Below, piece after piece: positions 27,680 through 36,751 of a stretch of DNA of 37,042 nucleotides. The notes under the pieces are model-generated. The model was not told where the DNA came from, did not search any database, and saw only the letters and a program-made list of their open reading frames with translations. The stretch lies in contig CAYFYE010000011.1 of the NCBI GenBank assembly GCA_964347285.1, positions 1 to 37,042 of the forward strand, given 5' to 3'. How positions within the stretch are numbered: the first letter of the stretch is position 1; each line of letters opens with the position of its first letter. The position numbers and the translations under genes were made by a program. Origin of the DNA: an uncultured Acidimicrobiia bacterium (GTDB lineage: Bacteria; Actinomycetota; Acidimicrobiia; Spongiisociales; JAOTWH01).

Positions 27680-27706
27680 GACGACGCAGCGCGTTCAATC
27701 GGTTCC
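27680..27706 (-). promoter_or_regulatory. Putative ECF sigma promoter (GGAACC-N17-CGTC) of the DUF4349 gene
   Basis: Minus strand GGAACC gattgaacgcgctgcgt CGTC, about 45 nt upstream of the ATG. Confidence 0.5.
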
Positions 27707-27742
27707 CGTGCGTAGGTGCGATGGACCGGCGGCGGAGGACGC

Positions 27743-28384
27743 CTACCGGCTCGGCGGATCGTCGGCCGACTCCGGCTTGCTCACCTCGAAACCGATCTTG
27801 GTCAGAAGGCGGAGGAAGGCGGGAGCGGGGTCCTTGAACTGGAGAGGGCGTAAGGCGTCCTCGAACTGGTCGAAGAAGCTCAGCAGGGTGGTGATGACAT
27901 GGGTGTGGGTGATCGTGTTGAGGTTGCTCTCCGGGGCGCGGCCGAAGGCCACGATCCGGGTGCGGACGACCCCGTGGCCTCGCGAAGGCGAGGTGTGGAA
28001 ACCGTCCTTCTGGAGGCCGGCGACGACCTCCTCGAGATCCTCGGCATACAGCCAGGCGATGCGCTGGAGCACGGCATGGAGCGTTCGATGATCCAGCAGT
28101 TTGGGGTTGATGGCGGCCTCGCCCTGTTTGACCTCCCCGATGATCACGTCGACGCAGTCTTCCTCGAGGCGCAGCTCGGGGTCGTCGATCAACAACATCC
28201 CGCATTCGGGATCGTGCGGGTCGCCGACGTAGACGTTGCCCGGAAAGCGGACGGCGACAACATCGACATCCGTGATCGTGTCGTAGGTGCCGTCGTCCTT
28301 GCGCCCCTGGACCTCGAACTCGGTCAGCGTCAGGTAACCGGCCAGACGCAGGTAGCTCTCGACGAGGTTGATGCCGATGTCCAT
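27743..28384 (-). CDS. Hypothetical protein with PD-(D/E)xK nuclease-like motif
   Basis: LVESYLRLAGY ... TDVDVVAVR ... VIIGEVKQG, the E...D...ExK pattern of the restriction-endonuclease-like fold. Confidence 0.75.
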   Translation of the reverse strand: MDIGINLVESYLRLAGYLTLTEFEVQGRKDDGTYDTITDVDVVAVRFPGNVYVGDPHDPECGMLLIDDPELRLEEDCVDVIIGEVKQGEAAINPKLLDHRTLHAVLQRIAWLYAEDLEEVVAGLQKDGFHTSPSRGHGVVRTRIVAFGRAPESNLNTITHTHVITTLLSFFDQFEDALRPLQFKDPAPAFLRLLTKIGFEVSKPESADDPPSR

Positions 28385-28451
28385 GGTCTCATTCTCCCCA
28401 ACGGGCGCAGCCCGGCGAGCATTTCATCACAAACCCGGACGCACCGGTCGG

Positions 28452-29702
28452 GTGCCGACCCTGGCGAAGTTCGGGGACGAGCGAGAAATCGTCGTCGTCC
28501 CGGATGCCTCGAGCAAACCCCATCTCGCTCCTCGGCCGGCGATTGTGCCGGTGATCATCGCCCTGATTGGCGGCCTGGCGGCCGGCTACCTGCTGGCGGC
28601 AACCGGCGACGCCGAGCCGGCCGGGAAACGATTGAGCCCGACTGCCATTGCTCCGGCGGCCACTGCCGCTCCGTCCCCGAACGACCTCGGAGGGCCAACC
28701 CTGGAAACCTTCGTGGAGGGAATCAGCGGCACCCTCTACGCCGGCGCCGACACTGGCGGCCGGCAGCTGCTCACCTGGCCGGCCCAGGAAGGAGCCCAAC
28801 GATCCCCCCTCTCACCGGGGCGCTGGAGCCACCGGCTCGATGCCGCCCAGCGTCGGGCCGGCGCATTGGGCCCCTCGGGTGGAAGTCCCCTCCCCTCCCT
28901 GTACCTGGGCACGTGGCCGACCCTGCGCCCGGCCGCCATCGGTCACCAGCTTCTCCTGGCACCCCACCGAGCCCGGTCGCCTGGCCTGGGTGCAGCAGGA
29001 GGGTGACCACTTCGTGCTCTCTACGGCCAACGCCGGGAGCCTCGCCGGTGGCCGCCCTGTGGCGTCCTTCGATCAGCTGGTGAAGGTCGAGGCGTGAGGA
29101 GATTGGGGATTTGCCGTGAGCACCGGTCGTCGCACCGCCCGTCTGCTCGATGACACAACGGAGCAAGCCGTACGCGGGGTGGCCACGCTCGACCCCGATG
29201 GCGTGCTCCTGGCCATGATGGACGCTCAGGTACTGGCGGCGGCCCCGGATGGGAGGCTCGTCCTGGCGACTGGTGCCCGGCTGCTCGTGGGTCGCAGCTG
29301 GCTCTTGAGCGATTCTTCCCTGACCGGAGTGGATCGCTTCATCGAATTCGACGATCCGCTGGAGTATCCGGCGTCGGCCGCCTGGCTGCCCAAGTCCGAT
29401 CGGATTGCGGTTCTCAGCCACCGCTTCGGCACGGATGCCGGAGGTCCGGCCCCGGTTCGCCTCTACTCGAGTGATGGCCGGTTGCTGAACGACATCCGGG
29501 CCGGCATCCTCGCCAACTCCGTGGCCTGGAGCCTCGACGAGCGATATCTGCTGGTGGGCGGATTCGATCCCGACACCGGCCTGGCCCGGCACCGGCTCCT
29601 CTTCATCGACTGGGCCTTCCGGCACCGTCAGACGGTCGGCCCGACAACCGGATCCACCTCATTCCGGTCGAGGTACAAGCCACCCCTCTCGGCCTCCACT
29701 GA
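28452..29702 (+). pseudogene. Disrupted membrane-anchored beta-propeller-like protein
   Basis: GTG 28452, TM helix (IVPVIIALIGGLAAGYLLA), frameshift at about 28940 into VTSFSWHPTEPGRLAW, in-frame TGA at 29095-29097 within VEA*GDWGF, continuation with AAWLP and VAWSLD blade-like motifs, and a probable second frameshift near 29630. Confidence 0.7.
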
Positions 29703-30980
29703 ATCCGGTACCGCAACGGGGCCCCGTACCGTCTCGTCCAGCAGGCGACCCGTCTCCCACTCCCAATCCCGGCGCCGCTGCGTGGACGCTCGGGCCACAG
29801 CTTCCCGCCCGAACCGCTCCCGCACCTCGTCCATCGCTCGATCGAGCCGGTCCCAGGTATGCAACCCACCCCCGGGATTCCCCGATCGCTCCGAGGCGCC
29901 CAGCGGAAGCTCGGCCTGTGAGGGACTCGCCGGCCGGAGCTGGGATACCGTCACCCCCAAGAGGCGGAGGCCTCGCCCGTCCCCGGGTCGGCCGACTCCG
30001 GCGTCCGTCGCCTCCAGCGCTCGAGCCACGAGGTATCGCGTCACGCTGAGAATCAGAGCCGAGGTATGGGTCGGCTCGACGAGAGTGTGACGTCGGGTGA
30101 TCGTGGCGAAATCGGCGAACCGGAAGGTCACGGTGACGGCCCGCCCCGCCAAGTCGGCCTTGCGCAGACGGGCCGCCACCCGGTCGGCCAGCCGGACCAG
30201 CACTGCGTCGATGGCGTCCGGAGAGTGGACGTCCCGACCGAACGTGCTCTGTGAGCCGACCGAGCCCCGCCCCCGGGCGGGATCGACCCGACGGGGATCC
30301 CGATTCCAGGCCAGGGCATGAATGTGGGCTCCGGCCGCTCGACCCAGGATGGTGGTCAGGGTGGCCGGTTGTAGTCGCGCCACGTCGGCGACGGTGCGGA
30401 CCCCATACCGCCGCAACCGCTCCAACGTGGCATCGCCCACCCCCCACAGCAACCCGGCCGGAAGCGGGTGCAGGAAGGCCAACTCGTGGCCGGGAAGGAC
30501 TACCACGATGCCGTGAGGCTTGGCGACCGGACTGGCCACCTTGGCCAGGAACTTGGTGGTAGCCGCCCCGACCGACAAGGGCAGCCCCACCTCGGACTGC
30601 ACCCGGGTACGCAACAGACGGGCAATGTCGCCGGGCGAACCGAAATGGCGGATCGCTCCGGCGACATCGAGGAAGGCCTCGTCGGGCGACAGAGGCTCGA
30701 CGCCGGGAGTCACATCTCGGAAGATCGCAAACACGGCGTCGCTTGCTTCTCGATAGTCGGCCATCCGGGGCGGTACCGTCACCAGTTCCGGGCAACGGCG
30801 TCGGGCCTCTGACCCCGACATACCCGAGCGGACCCCGTAGGGGCGCGCCTCGTAGCTGGCAGCCAGCACGACGCCTAAGCCCACGGCAACCGGTCGGCCC
30901 GTGAGCCGTCGATCTCGCCTCCGCTCGACCGAGGCGTAGAACGCGTCGAGGTCGGCGTGGAGGATCGTCGCTCCGCTCAC
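29628..30980 (-). CDS. dinB: DNA polymerase IV (Y family)
   Basis: ILHADLDAFYASVE, AASYEARPYGVRSGM, SPDEAFLD, KFLAKVAS..KP, LWGVG, clamp-binding-like QAELPL. Confidence 0.95.
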   Translation of the reverse strand: MSGATILHADLDAFYASVERRRDRRLTGRPVAVGLGVVLAASYEARPYGVRSGMSGSEARRRCPELVTVPPRMADYREASDAVFAIFRDVTPGVEPLSPDEAFLDVAGAIRHFGSPGDIARLLRTRVQSEVGLPLSVGAATTKFLAKVASPVAKPHGIVVVLPGHELAFLHPLPAGLLWGVGDATLERLRRYGVRTVADVARLQPATLTTILGRAAGAHIHALAWNRDPRRVDPARGRGSVGSQSTFGRDVHSPDAIDAVLVRLADRVAARLRKADLAGRAVTVTFRFADFATITRRHTLVEPTHTSALILSVTRYLVARALEATDAGVGRPGDGRGLRLLGVTVSQLRPASPSQAELPLGASERSGNPGGGLHTWDRLDRAMDEVRERFGREAVARASTQRRRDWEWETGRLLDETVRGPVAVPDSVEAERGGLYLDRNEVDPVVGPTV

Positions 30981-30986
30981 CGCACC

Positions 30987-31008
30987 ATTGTCTTCTGCGC
31001 CTGTGACA
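30987..31008 (-). promoter_or_regulatory. PafBC-like promoter of dinB (TGTCAC-N10-GACAAT), leaderless
   Basis: Minus strand TGTCAC aggcgcagaa GACAAT ggtgcg GTG. Same CTGTCACA core and spacing as at recA. Confidence 0.6.
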
Positions 31009-31019
31009 GATTTCGGTGC

Positions 31020-31376
31020 CTAGTCGATGATCCCCCCGCCGAACGCCGCATCGAGAAGCGGCCTGGCCAGCTGCAGGGTCATGCCGACCGTCGTCGTGAA
31101 CAAGAGGATCAGAAAGAAGGGCTGGCCGGAGAAGAGGAAGGCGCCGGCGAGAACGGCCCCGACTCCCAGGCCTCTCGGCACCGGCACCGCAGGGACGAGA
31201 TCGCGGCGTCGTGATACCGCCACGAACAGGGCCGCGGCGACCCCGAGAAGCGCACCGAGGAAGCGAATCAGATCGACCTCGTAGAGCTGCTCGGCTCCCA
31301 TGCCTCTCAACACGGAGGAGGGGAACGTGACCAGCGCCAACGCCGCCGCGGCCAACACGATGGCGGGTTTCTTCAT
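31020..31376 (-). CDS. Small hypothetical membrane protein (about 4 TM)
   Basis: GGAGGAGG RBS and a hydrophobic 118-aa ORF. Confidence 0.75.
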   Translation of the reverse strand: MKKPAIVLAAAALALVTFPSSVLRGMGAEQLYEVDLIRFLGALLGVAAALFVAVSRRRDLVPAVPVPRGLGVGAVLAGAFLFSGQPFFLILLFTTTVGMTLQLARPLLDAAFGGGIID

Positions 31377-31493
31377 TTCACCTCCTCCGCAGTGCGACGC
31401 TAGCGGACCGGCGTCCGGCCCGGGCCCTTCCGCCGTGAGCGTGGGGCACCGGGCCCGATCGGGGGCGAGGCCGCGGTGGAGTCCCGACCCGCC

Positions 31494-31787
31494 TCACCGC
31501 CCCAGGCGGGCCAGCCCATCGAAGGGGAAGATGCCGGTGTGGTGGCCGTCGGGCTCGAAAATGAAACTGATTCCGTAGTTGCCCACCAGCTCGGCCGAGG
31601 CGATGCGAATCGGCTCCGGGCCCGCCAACACTCGCGCGGTGGCCTCCTCTCCCTCCGGCTGCCCGCACAAAGCACACCAGCACGCCTCCCGAAGGCGCCG
31701 TCCCGTGAGCGTGGTCCTCGACCCGTCCTCCCAGGTCAGCAAGACCCGCTCGCCCTGCTCGATCTCCACCCGGACGGGAACCTCCAC
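31494..31787 (-). CDS. DUF971 / gamma-butyrobetaine hydroxylase-like N-terminal domain protein
   Basis: LTWEDG, LREACWCALC, VGNYGI, DGHHTGIFPFDGL. Confidence 0.88.
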   Translation of the reverse strand: MEVPVRVEIEQGERVLLTWEDGSRTTLTGRRLREACWCALCGQPEGEEATARVLAGPEPIRIASAELVGNYGISFIFEPDGHHTGIFPFDGLARLGR

Positions 31788-31828
31788 GCCTCGAGGGTAC
31801 CGCCGATCCCGGCTGTGGGAGCGAGCCG

Positions 31829-31855
31829 GGAATGACCCAGTGCCGGGGAGAGTTG
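31829..31855 (+). promoter_or_regulatory. SigR/SigH-type ECF promoter GGAAT-N18-GTTG
   Basis: GGAAT (31829-33), 18-nt spacer, GTTG (31852-55), 9 nt before ATG 31865. Confidence 0.7.
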
Positions 31856-31864
31856 TTCGGCCAC

Positions 31865-32260
31865 ATGAACGACGACGTTCGGACTGCACTCACCAGCGAT
31901 CGGGTCATCGACATCACCACCATCGGCCGGAAGACCGGACGGCCCCGCCGTATCGAGATCTGGTTCCACAACCTGGACGACCGCATCTTCATCACCGGCA
32001 TGCCGGGACGGCGCAGCTGGTATGCCAACCTGCGAGCCAACCCCGACTTCACCTTCCACCTCAAAGACAGCACCGAAGCCGATCTCGCCGCACGGGCCAC
32101 GGCAATCACCGATCCGGTGGAAAGACGTGAGATCCTCACCGAGATCACCAGCCGGGTCGGCGCCGCCGAACGCATCGATGCCTGGGTGGAGCGCAGCCCG
32201 CTCATCGAGGTAGAGCTCGCAGAGGAAGAAGGCCTCGGGAACCGGCCACAATTGCCCTGA
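31865..32260 (+). CDS. Deazaflavin (F420)-dependent nitroreductase family protein (DUF385/Ddn-like)
   Basis: ITTIGRKTGRPRRIEIWF, RSWYANLRANP. Confidence 0.85.
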   Translation: MNDDVRTALTSDRVIDITTIGRKTGRPRRIEIWFHNLDDRIFITGMPGRRSWYANLRANPDFTFHLKDSTEADLAARATAITDPVERREILTEITSRVGAAERIDAWVERSPLIEVELAEEEGLGNRPQLP

Positions 32261-33459
32261 TGCCGACGCCGAAACTGAACATCCGCTCCGGACATCCCGA
32301 CTTCCTCGACCTCGACTGGTCGCGCTCTGTGACGGAATGGGACCCCGATCGGCTCGTAGACCTCCCCACCGGTATCCATCGGCATGAGATCGTGTTCGTG
32401 CCCTACCTGCGCGATATCTACGCCGTCAAGGAGATGTCCCTCGAGCTGGCCCGCCACGAATGGCAAATGCTGCGCGGCCTGCGTAATCGTGATGCCTCGG
32501 TGGTGGAGCCGGTGGGTATCGTCGAGCGTCCGTGGATCCCTCCGGACGAGGAAGGGGCCGGAGCGGTCATCACTCGCTACCTCGACTACACCTTCTCGTA
32601 CCGCGAGCTCATCGAAGGGGGCGGCTTCGGGCCCCGCCGCAACCAGATGCTCGACGCCTTCGCCAACCTCCTGGTCGAGCTGCACCTGCTCGGAGCGTTT
32701 TGGGGTGATTGCTCGCTTTCCAACGTCCTTTATCGCTACGACGCCGAGGCGCTCCAAGTGACGATGGTCGACGCCGAGACCGTTTCCCTCCACGACCGGC
32801 TGACCGAGGGGCAGCGGACCGAGGACCTCCATCTCATGATCGAAAACGTGGCCGGGGGCATGGCCGACATCGCCGCTTCCCAAGACATCGAGGTCGACGC
32901 CGGCGACCTGGCGCTCGGAGACGACATCGCCCTCCGCTACGAGGGGCTGTGGCACGAGCTGACTCGCGACGAGGAGATCCGTCGCGATGAGACCTACAAG
33001 ATCCACGATCGGGTCGAGCGGCTGAACGCCATGGGCTTCGAGGTGGAGGACGTCGAGATCGTCCCCGGCGCCGAGGGTGAGTCGCGCCTTCGACTCCGGC
33101 TCAAGGTGGGCGGCCGACGCTTCCACGCCCACCGGCTCTACGAGCTGGCCCGAGTGGAGGCCACGGAGCGCCAGGCCCGCCAGATCCTTTCCGACCTCCA
33201 CTACCACCACGCCAAGCAGGGCACCGACTCTCCAGCGGGAAAAGCGGTGGCGGCGGTGCAGTGGCGGGTCAACGTGTTCGAGCCTCTCCTCGTGCGCATC
33301 GAGCAGGCCATGGGGCCCTCAGGCAACCCGGTGCAGGGATACGCCGACTTCCTCCACCACCGCTACCTCCTGGCCGAGCAGGCCGGCCGTGATATCGAAA
33401 CCGAGAAGGCGTTCGAAGACTGGCTGGTCTCCGGCCGGCCCGGCTATCCGCTCAGCTGA
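32260..33459 (+). CDS. DUF4032 domain protein (Kdo/WaaP kinase-like fold)
   Basis: DFLDLDW, GIHRHEIVFV, YAVKE, LHLLGAFWGDCSLSNVLYRYDA, VDAET, HRYLLAEQAGRDI. TGATG overlap with the upstream gene. Confidence 0.88.
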   Translation: MPTPKLNIRSGHPDFLDLDWSRSVTEWDPDRLVDLPTGIHRHEIVFVPYLRDIYAVKEMSLELARHEWQMLRGLRNRDASVVEPVGIVERPWIPPDEEGAGAVITRYLDYTFSYRELIEGGGFGPRRNQMLDAFANLLVELHLLGAFWGDCSLSNVLYRYDAEALQVTMVDAETVSLHDRLTEGQRTEDLHLMIENVAGGMADIAASQDIEVDAGDLALGDDIALRYEGLWHELTRDEEIRRDETYKIHDRVERLNAMGFEVEDVEIVPGAEGESRLRLRLKVGGRRFHAHRLYELARVEATERQARQILSDLHYHHAKQGTDSPAGKAVAAVQWRVNVFEPLLVRIEQAMGPSGNPVQGYADFLHHRYLLAEQAGRDIETEKAFEDWLVSGRPGYPLS

Positions 33460-34230
33460 TCAACCCAGTCCGGCGGCGCTGGTGGCACCGGTGGCCCCTC
33501 CATCGACGGGGAGGGTGATCCCGGTGATCCAAGAAGCGGCGTCCGAAGCCAGGAAGACGACGGCGCGAGCCACATCCTCGGGAAGCCCGATCCGGCGCAG
33601 GGGATGGGCCTGGGCCACCTCCTTCTCCCGGCCTTCGTAGAGGTACGTGGCGAAGCGGGTCCGCACCAGCCCGGGGGCCACTGCGTTGACCCGCACCCCG
33701 GGGGCCATCTCCAGCGCCAGCTGGCGAGTGAGGTGGATCACAGCCGCCTTGGAGACGTTGTAGGCACCCAGGGCGGGACTGGGCTGTAGCCCGGCAATCG
33801 AGGCAACGTTGACGATGGCCCCGCCGTGGGTGCTCATCCACTGTTTCCAGGCCTCACGGGCGTACAGCAGCGGGCCCCGTTGGTTGACGGCCCAGACCTT
33901 GTCGATGGCGCTCAGTTCGACGTCGGTGAGGTCCCCGGCCACCGGGTTGGTGCCGGCGTTGTTCACCAGTATGTCCAGCGCCCCGAAGTGCTCGACGGCC
34001 CTCTTGGTCGCCGCGGTGACCTGCTCCGGCTCGTCGTTCTTGGCCACGACCGCCAGCACCCGGTCCGGCTCGCCCAGTCTGGTCGTCGCCTCTTCGAGAT
34101 TCTCGGGTTTGCGGGATGTGATCACGACCCCGGCCGCGCCGGAGGCCAGCAGCTCGGCAGCGCAAGCTTCGCCGATGCCCCGGCTGGCCCCAGTCACGAG
34201 GGCGACCTTGCCCTCGACGCGGATGTCCAT
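33460..34230 (-). CDS. Short-chain dehydrogenase/reductase
   Basis: TGASRGIG, VNNAG, YNVSK, VNAVAPG, LPVDGG. Confidence 0.95.
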   Translation of the reverse strand: MDIRVEGKVALVTGASRGIGEACAAELLASGAAGVVITSRKPENLEEATTRLGEPDRVLAVVAKNDEPEQVTAATKRAVEHFGALDILVNNAGTNPVAGDLTDVELSAIDKVWAVNQRGPLLYAREAWKQWMSTHGGAIVNVASIAGLQPSPALGAYNVSKAAVIHLTRQLALEMAPGVRVNAVAPGLVRTRFATYLYEGREKEVAQAHPLRRIGLPEDVARAVVFLASDAASWITGITLPVDGGATGATSAAGLG

Positions 34231-34265
34231 GGGCGGATGGTAAGTGAGAATCCGGCCGACGGCCC

Positions 34266-34772
34266 CTAGTGCCGCTTCACTCCCCCGTACTTCATCCGGG
34301 TGTCTTCCATGCGGGCCACCTCGGCCTGCTCTCCTTCTCCTTGGAACCCGCAGTCGACCAGCTCGCCGTAGAACACCGTATGAGTTCCGACATCTCTTTG
34401 ATCCCACACCGTGCACTCGATGAAGGCGATGGCCTCTTCAAAGATGGGCACGCCGGTGGACCCTTCCCGGATCGGGCGGCCGTTGAGGGTCATGCCCTCC
34501 TTGGTGGCCGGCTTGGAGAACTTCACGAACGGTCGAGTATCGGCTCGATCCCAGAGGTTGATACTGAAGGCCCCTCCTTGGCTGATGAGCCGATGAGTCA
34601 GCGCAGATCTGTCGATGGCGATGGCCACCAACACCGGCTCCATCGAGACCTGGGTGACCCAGCTGGTCGTCATCCCGTTCCATTCCTCCCCGGCCCGGGA
34701 TCCGACCAGGCACAGCACGTTGGGGATCCTCCACAACACCTTGTTGATGGTCTCGTCGCTGGGCGGCGCCAC
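34266..34772 (-). CDS. Flavin reductase family protein
   Basis: NGMTTSWVTQVSMEP, GVPIFEEA, VGTHTVFYGE, C-terminal MKYGG. Confidence 0.9.
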   Translation of the reverse strand: MAPPSDETINKVLWRIPNVLCLVGSRAGEEWNGMTTSWVTQVSMEPVLVAIAIDRSALTHRLISQGGAFSINLWDRADTRPFVKFSKPATKEGMTLNGRPIREGSTGVPIFEEAIAFIECTVWDQRDVGTHTVFYGELVDCGFQGEGEQAEVARMEDTRMKYGGVKRH

Positions 34773-34849
34773 TGCGGACTCCAATCGCTCGCAGCACCAC
34801 ATTTTGGTGCCGTCGGCGCCCGACGGCCAGGCCACCTAGGCTCTTCGCG

Positions 34850-35350
34850 ATGCACATTCTCATCGCCACCAGCGGTGCGTTGGCACCCGGTCCGGCGGCC
34901 CTGTTCACCGCCCGGCTGGTAGACGAGGGCGACACCGTGTCGGTGATCACCGTCATCGAGGTGCCCCGGTCGTTCCTCGATGAGATCCGCTCCGAGGAGT
35001 GGCATCCCCTCGGGGACGACCGGCCATGGGGACCGCATGAGGATGTCATCGGCCGATACGTCGAGGAGCGGGGCCGGCGGCTCACCGACCCGCTACTGGC
35101 CGCCCTGCGGGCCGAGGGCATCGAGGCGGAAGTCAACTTGCTGGAAGGTGAGGAACCGGCCCAAACGATCCTCGAAGTCGCCGAGAAGCGGGGAGCCGAT
35201 CTCATCATTCTCGGCGCCACCCGGCCCATATTCGATGAGGCGAGTTGGGAGAGCGTGTCCTTGCGCGTCATCCAAGACGGTCGACAGCCGGTGCTCATCG
35301 TGCCGGCCCAGCCGCGGCCGGCCGAAGACGACGAACCCACGGATGCCTGA
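34850..35350 (+). CDS. Universal stress protein (UspA domain)
   Basis: HILIATSG, GEEPAQTILEVAEKRGADLIILGA, SVSLRVI...PVLIVP. Confidence 0.88.
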   Translation: MHILIATSGALAPGPAALFTARLVDEGDTVSVITVIEVPRSFLDEIRSEEWHPLGDDRPWGPHEDVIGRYVEERGRRLTDPLLAALRAEGIEAEVNLLEGEEPAQTILEVAEKRGADLIILGATRPIFDEASWESVSLRVIQDGRQPVLIVPAQPRPAEDDEPTDA

Positions 35351-36233
35351 GCTCTTGCGCACCCCTGACGAGCGGTTTGTCGACCTGCCCGATTTCCCTT
35401 TCGAACCCCGTTGGTTCGATTGGGACGGCATTCGCCTCCACTACCTGGACGAGGGCACGGGCCGGCCGGTGGTCCTTTTCCACGGAGAGCCCACTTGGTG
35501 CTTCCTCTACCGCAAAGTCATGCCGCCACTGCTCGACGCCGGCTATCGGGTCATTGCCCCCGACTACTTCGGTTTCGGGAAATCCGACAAGCCCACCCGA
35601 CCCGAGGCCTACACGTACGACGCTCATACAGTCGCCATGGCGGCTCTGCTGGAAGGCCTGGGCGTCGAAGGGGGGGCGGCCGTCGTCCAAGATTGGGGCG
35701 GTCCCATCGGGCTGCGTCTGGCGGTGGAACAGCCCGGTCTCTTCGATCGCCTCTCGATCCTCAATACCGCCCTCTTCACCGGCCGCAAGACGTCTGAAGG
35801 GTTCATGCGTTGGCGCACGTTCGTCGAACAGAGTGCGGACCTTCCCATCGCGTTCATCATGGAGCGCTCGATGGCCCGTCCCTGGCAAGACGAGGTCGTG
35901 GCCGCCTACGAGGCCCCCTTCCCCGACCGCTCCCACAAGGAGGGAGCCCACCGTTTCCCCCTTCTCGTGCCGCTGTCGCCCGATCAGCCCGGGGCCGAAG
36001 TGATGGCCGAGGTCCGGGCGGCTCTCGAGCACTGGGAAAGACCGGCCCAGGTCTTGTTCTCCACGCAAGACCCGGTCTTCTCACCTCGAGTCGGTGAGCG
36101 CTTCGTGGAGCGCATCCCCGGTGCCGAGGCGCTCGAGCTGATCGATGAAGCCGGCCACTTCCTCCAAGAGGACCAGGGCCAGGAAGTCGGTCGGCGGATT
36201 TCCGCTTTCCTTCAGGCCACCGAGTCGAAGTAG
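35343..36233 (+). CDS. Haloalkane dehalogenase (HLD-I type)
   Basis: LRTPDERF, FHGEPTWCFLYRK, APDYFGFGKSDKP, nucleophile QDWGG, AGHFLQED. Confidence 0.92.
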   Translation: MPELLRTPDERFVDLPDFPFEPRWFDWDGIRLHYLDEGTGRPVVLFHGEPTWCFLYRKVMPPLLDAGYRVIAPDYFGFGKSDKPTRPEAYTYDAHTVAMAALLEGLGVEGGAAVVQDWGGPIGLRLAVEQPGLFDRLSILNTALFTGRKTSEGFMRWRTFVEQSADLPIAFIMERSMARPWQDEVVAAYEAPFPDRSHKEGAHRFPLLVPLSPDQPGAEVMAEVRAALEHWERPAQVLFSTQDPVFSPRVGERFVERIPGAEALELIDEAGHFLQEDQGQEVGRRISAFLQATESK

Positions 36234-36751
36234 GCCCGGAGCACTGCGTAAGCGGGTCCGGTGAACAGGGTCGGTTCATCGAGCATCGCCCGCACCTCAT
36301 CAACCGGGTACCAGCGCGGATCGGCGGTCTCGCCGGGACTGGGCACCGGTTCTCCCTGGGCCTTGCACACGAATGCGATGCACAGCACCGGCACTGCGCC
36401 CTCCGTCCCCACCGCCACGGCCAGGGGACGGAAGGCGAGGAAGGGGCGGCGGAGATGGGCCTCGTGGCGAGTCTCGTCGATCTCGACCGATTGGACCTCC
36501 AGTCCGGCCTCCTCGGCCACCTCTCGCCGCAGCGCCTGCCACGGGCCCTCGCCGGCCCGCCAGCGCCCGGCGGGGACCTCGAGCAGACCTCGAGTGGGCT
36601 CCCCGGGGCGGTCACGGCGTTGCAGCAGCAGGCGGGAGCCATCGGCGGTCAGGACGATCGCCGACACGATCGGAATTGCCAGCGGCTCCCCGGCCACCTC
36701 GGGCACCTCGATCGTGGCCCAATCGGCCCCCGCCCATACCCGGTATTCCAT
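36212..36751 (-). CDS. NUDIX hydrolase
   Basis: LLLQRR and a Nudix box PAGRWRAGEGPWQALRREVAEEAGL. Start chosen at ATG 36751 (ORF open to 36796). 22-nt tail-to-tail overlap with the dehalogenase. Confidence 0.88.
   Translation of the reverse strand: MEYRVWAGADWATIEVPEVAGEPLAIPIVSAIVLTADGSRLLLQRRDRPGEPTRGLLEVPAGRWRAGEGPWQALRREVAEEAGLEVQSVEIDETRHEAHLRRPFLAFRPLAVAVGTEGAVPVLCIAFVCKAQGEPVPSPGETADPRWYPVDEVRAMLDEPTLFTGPAYAVLRAYFDSVA

Noticed and set aside
29095..29097. In-frame TGA as selenocysteine or stop-codon reassignment
   Set aside because: The context suggests Trp (A-W-GDWGF), the same gene also has frameshifts, and TGA is used as a normal stop throughout the window.
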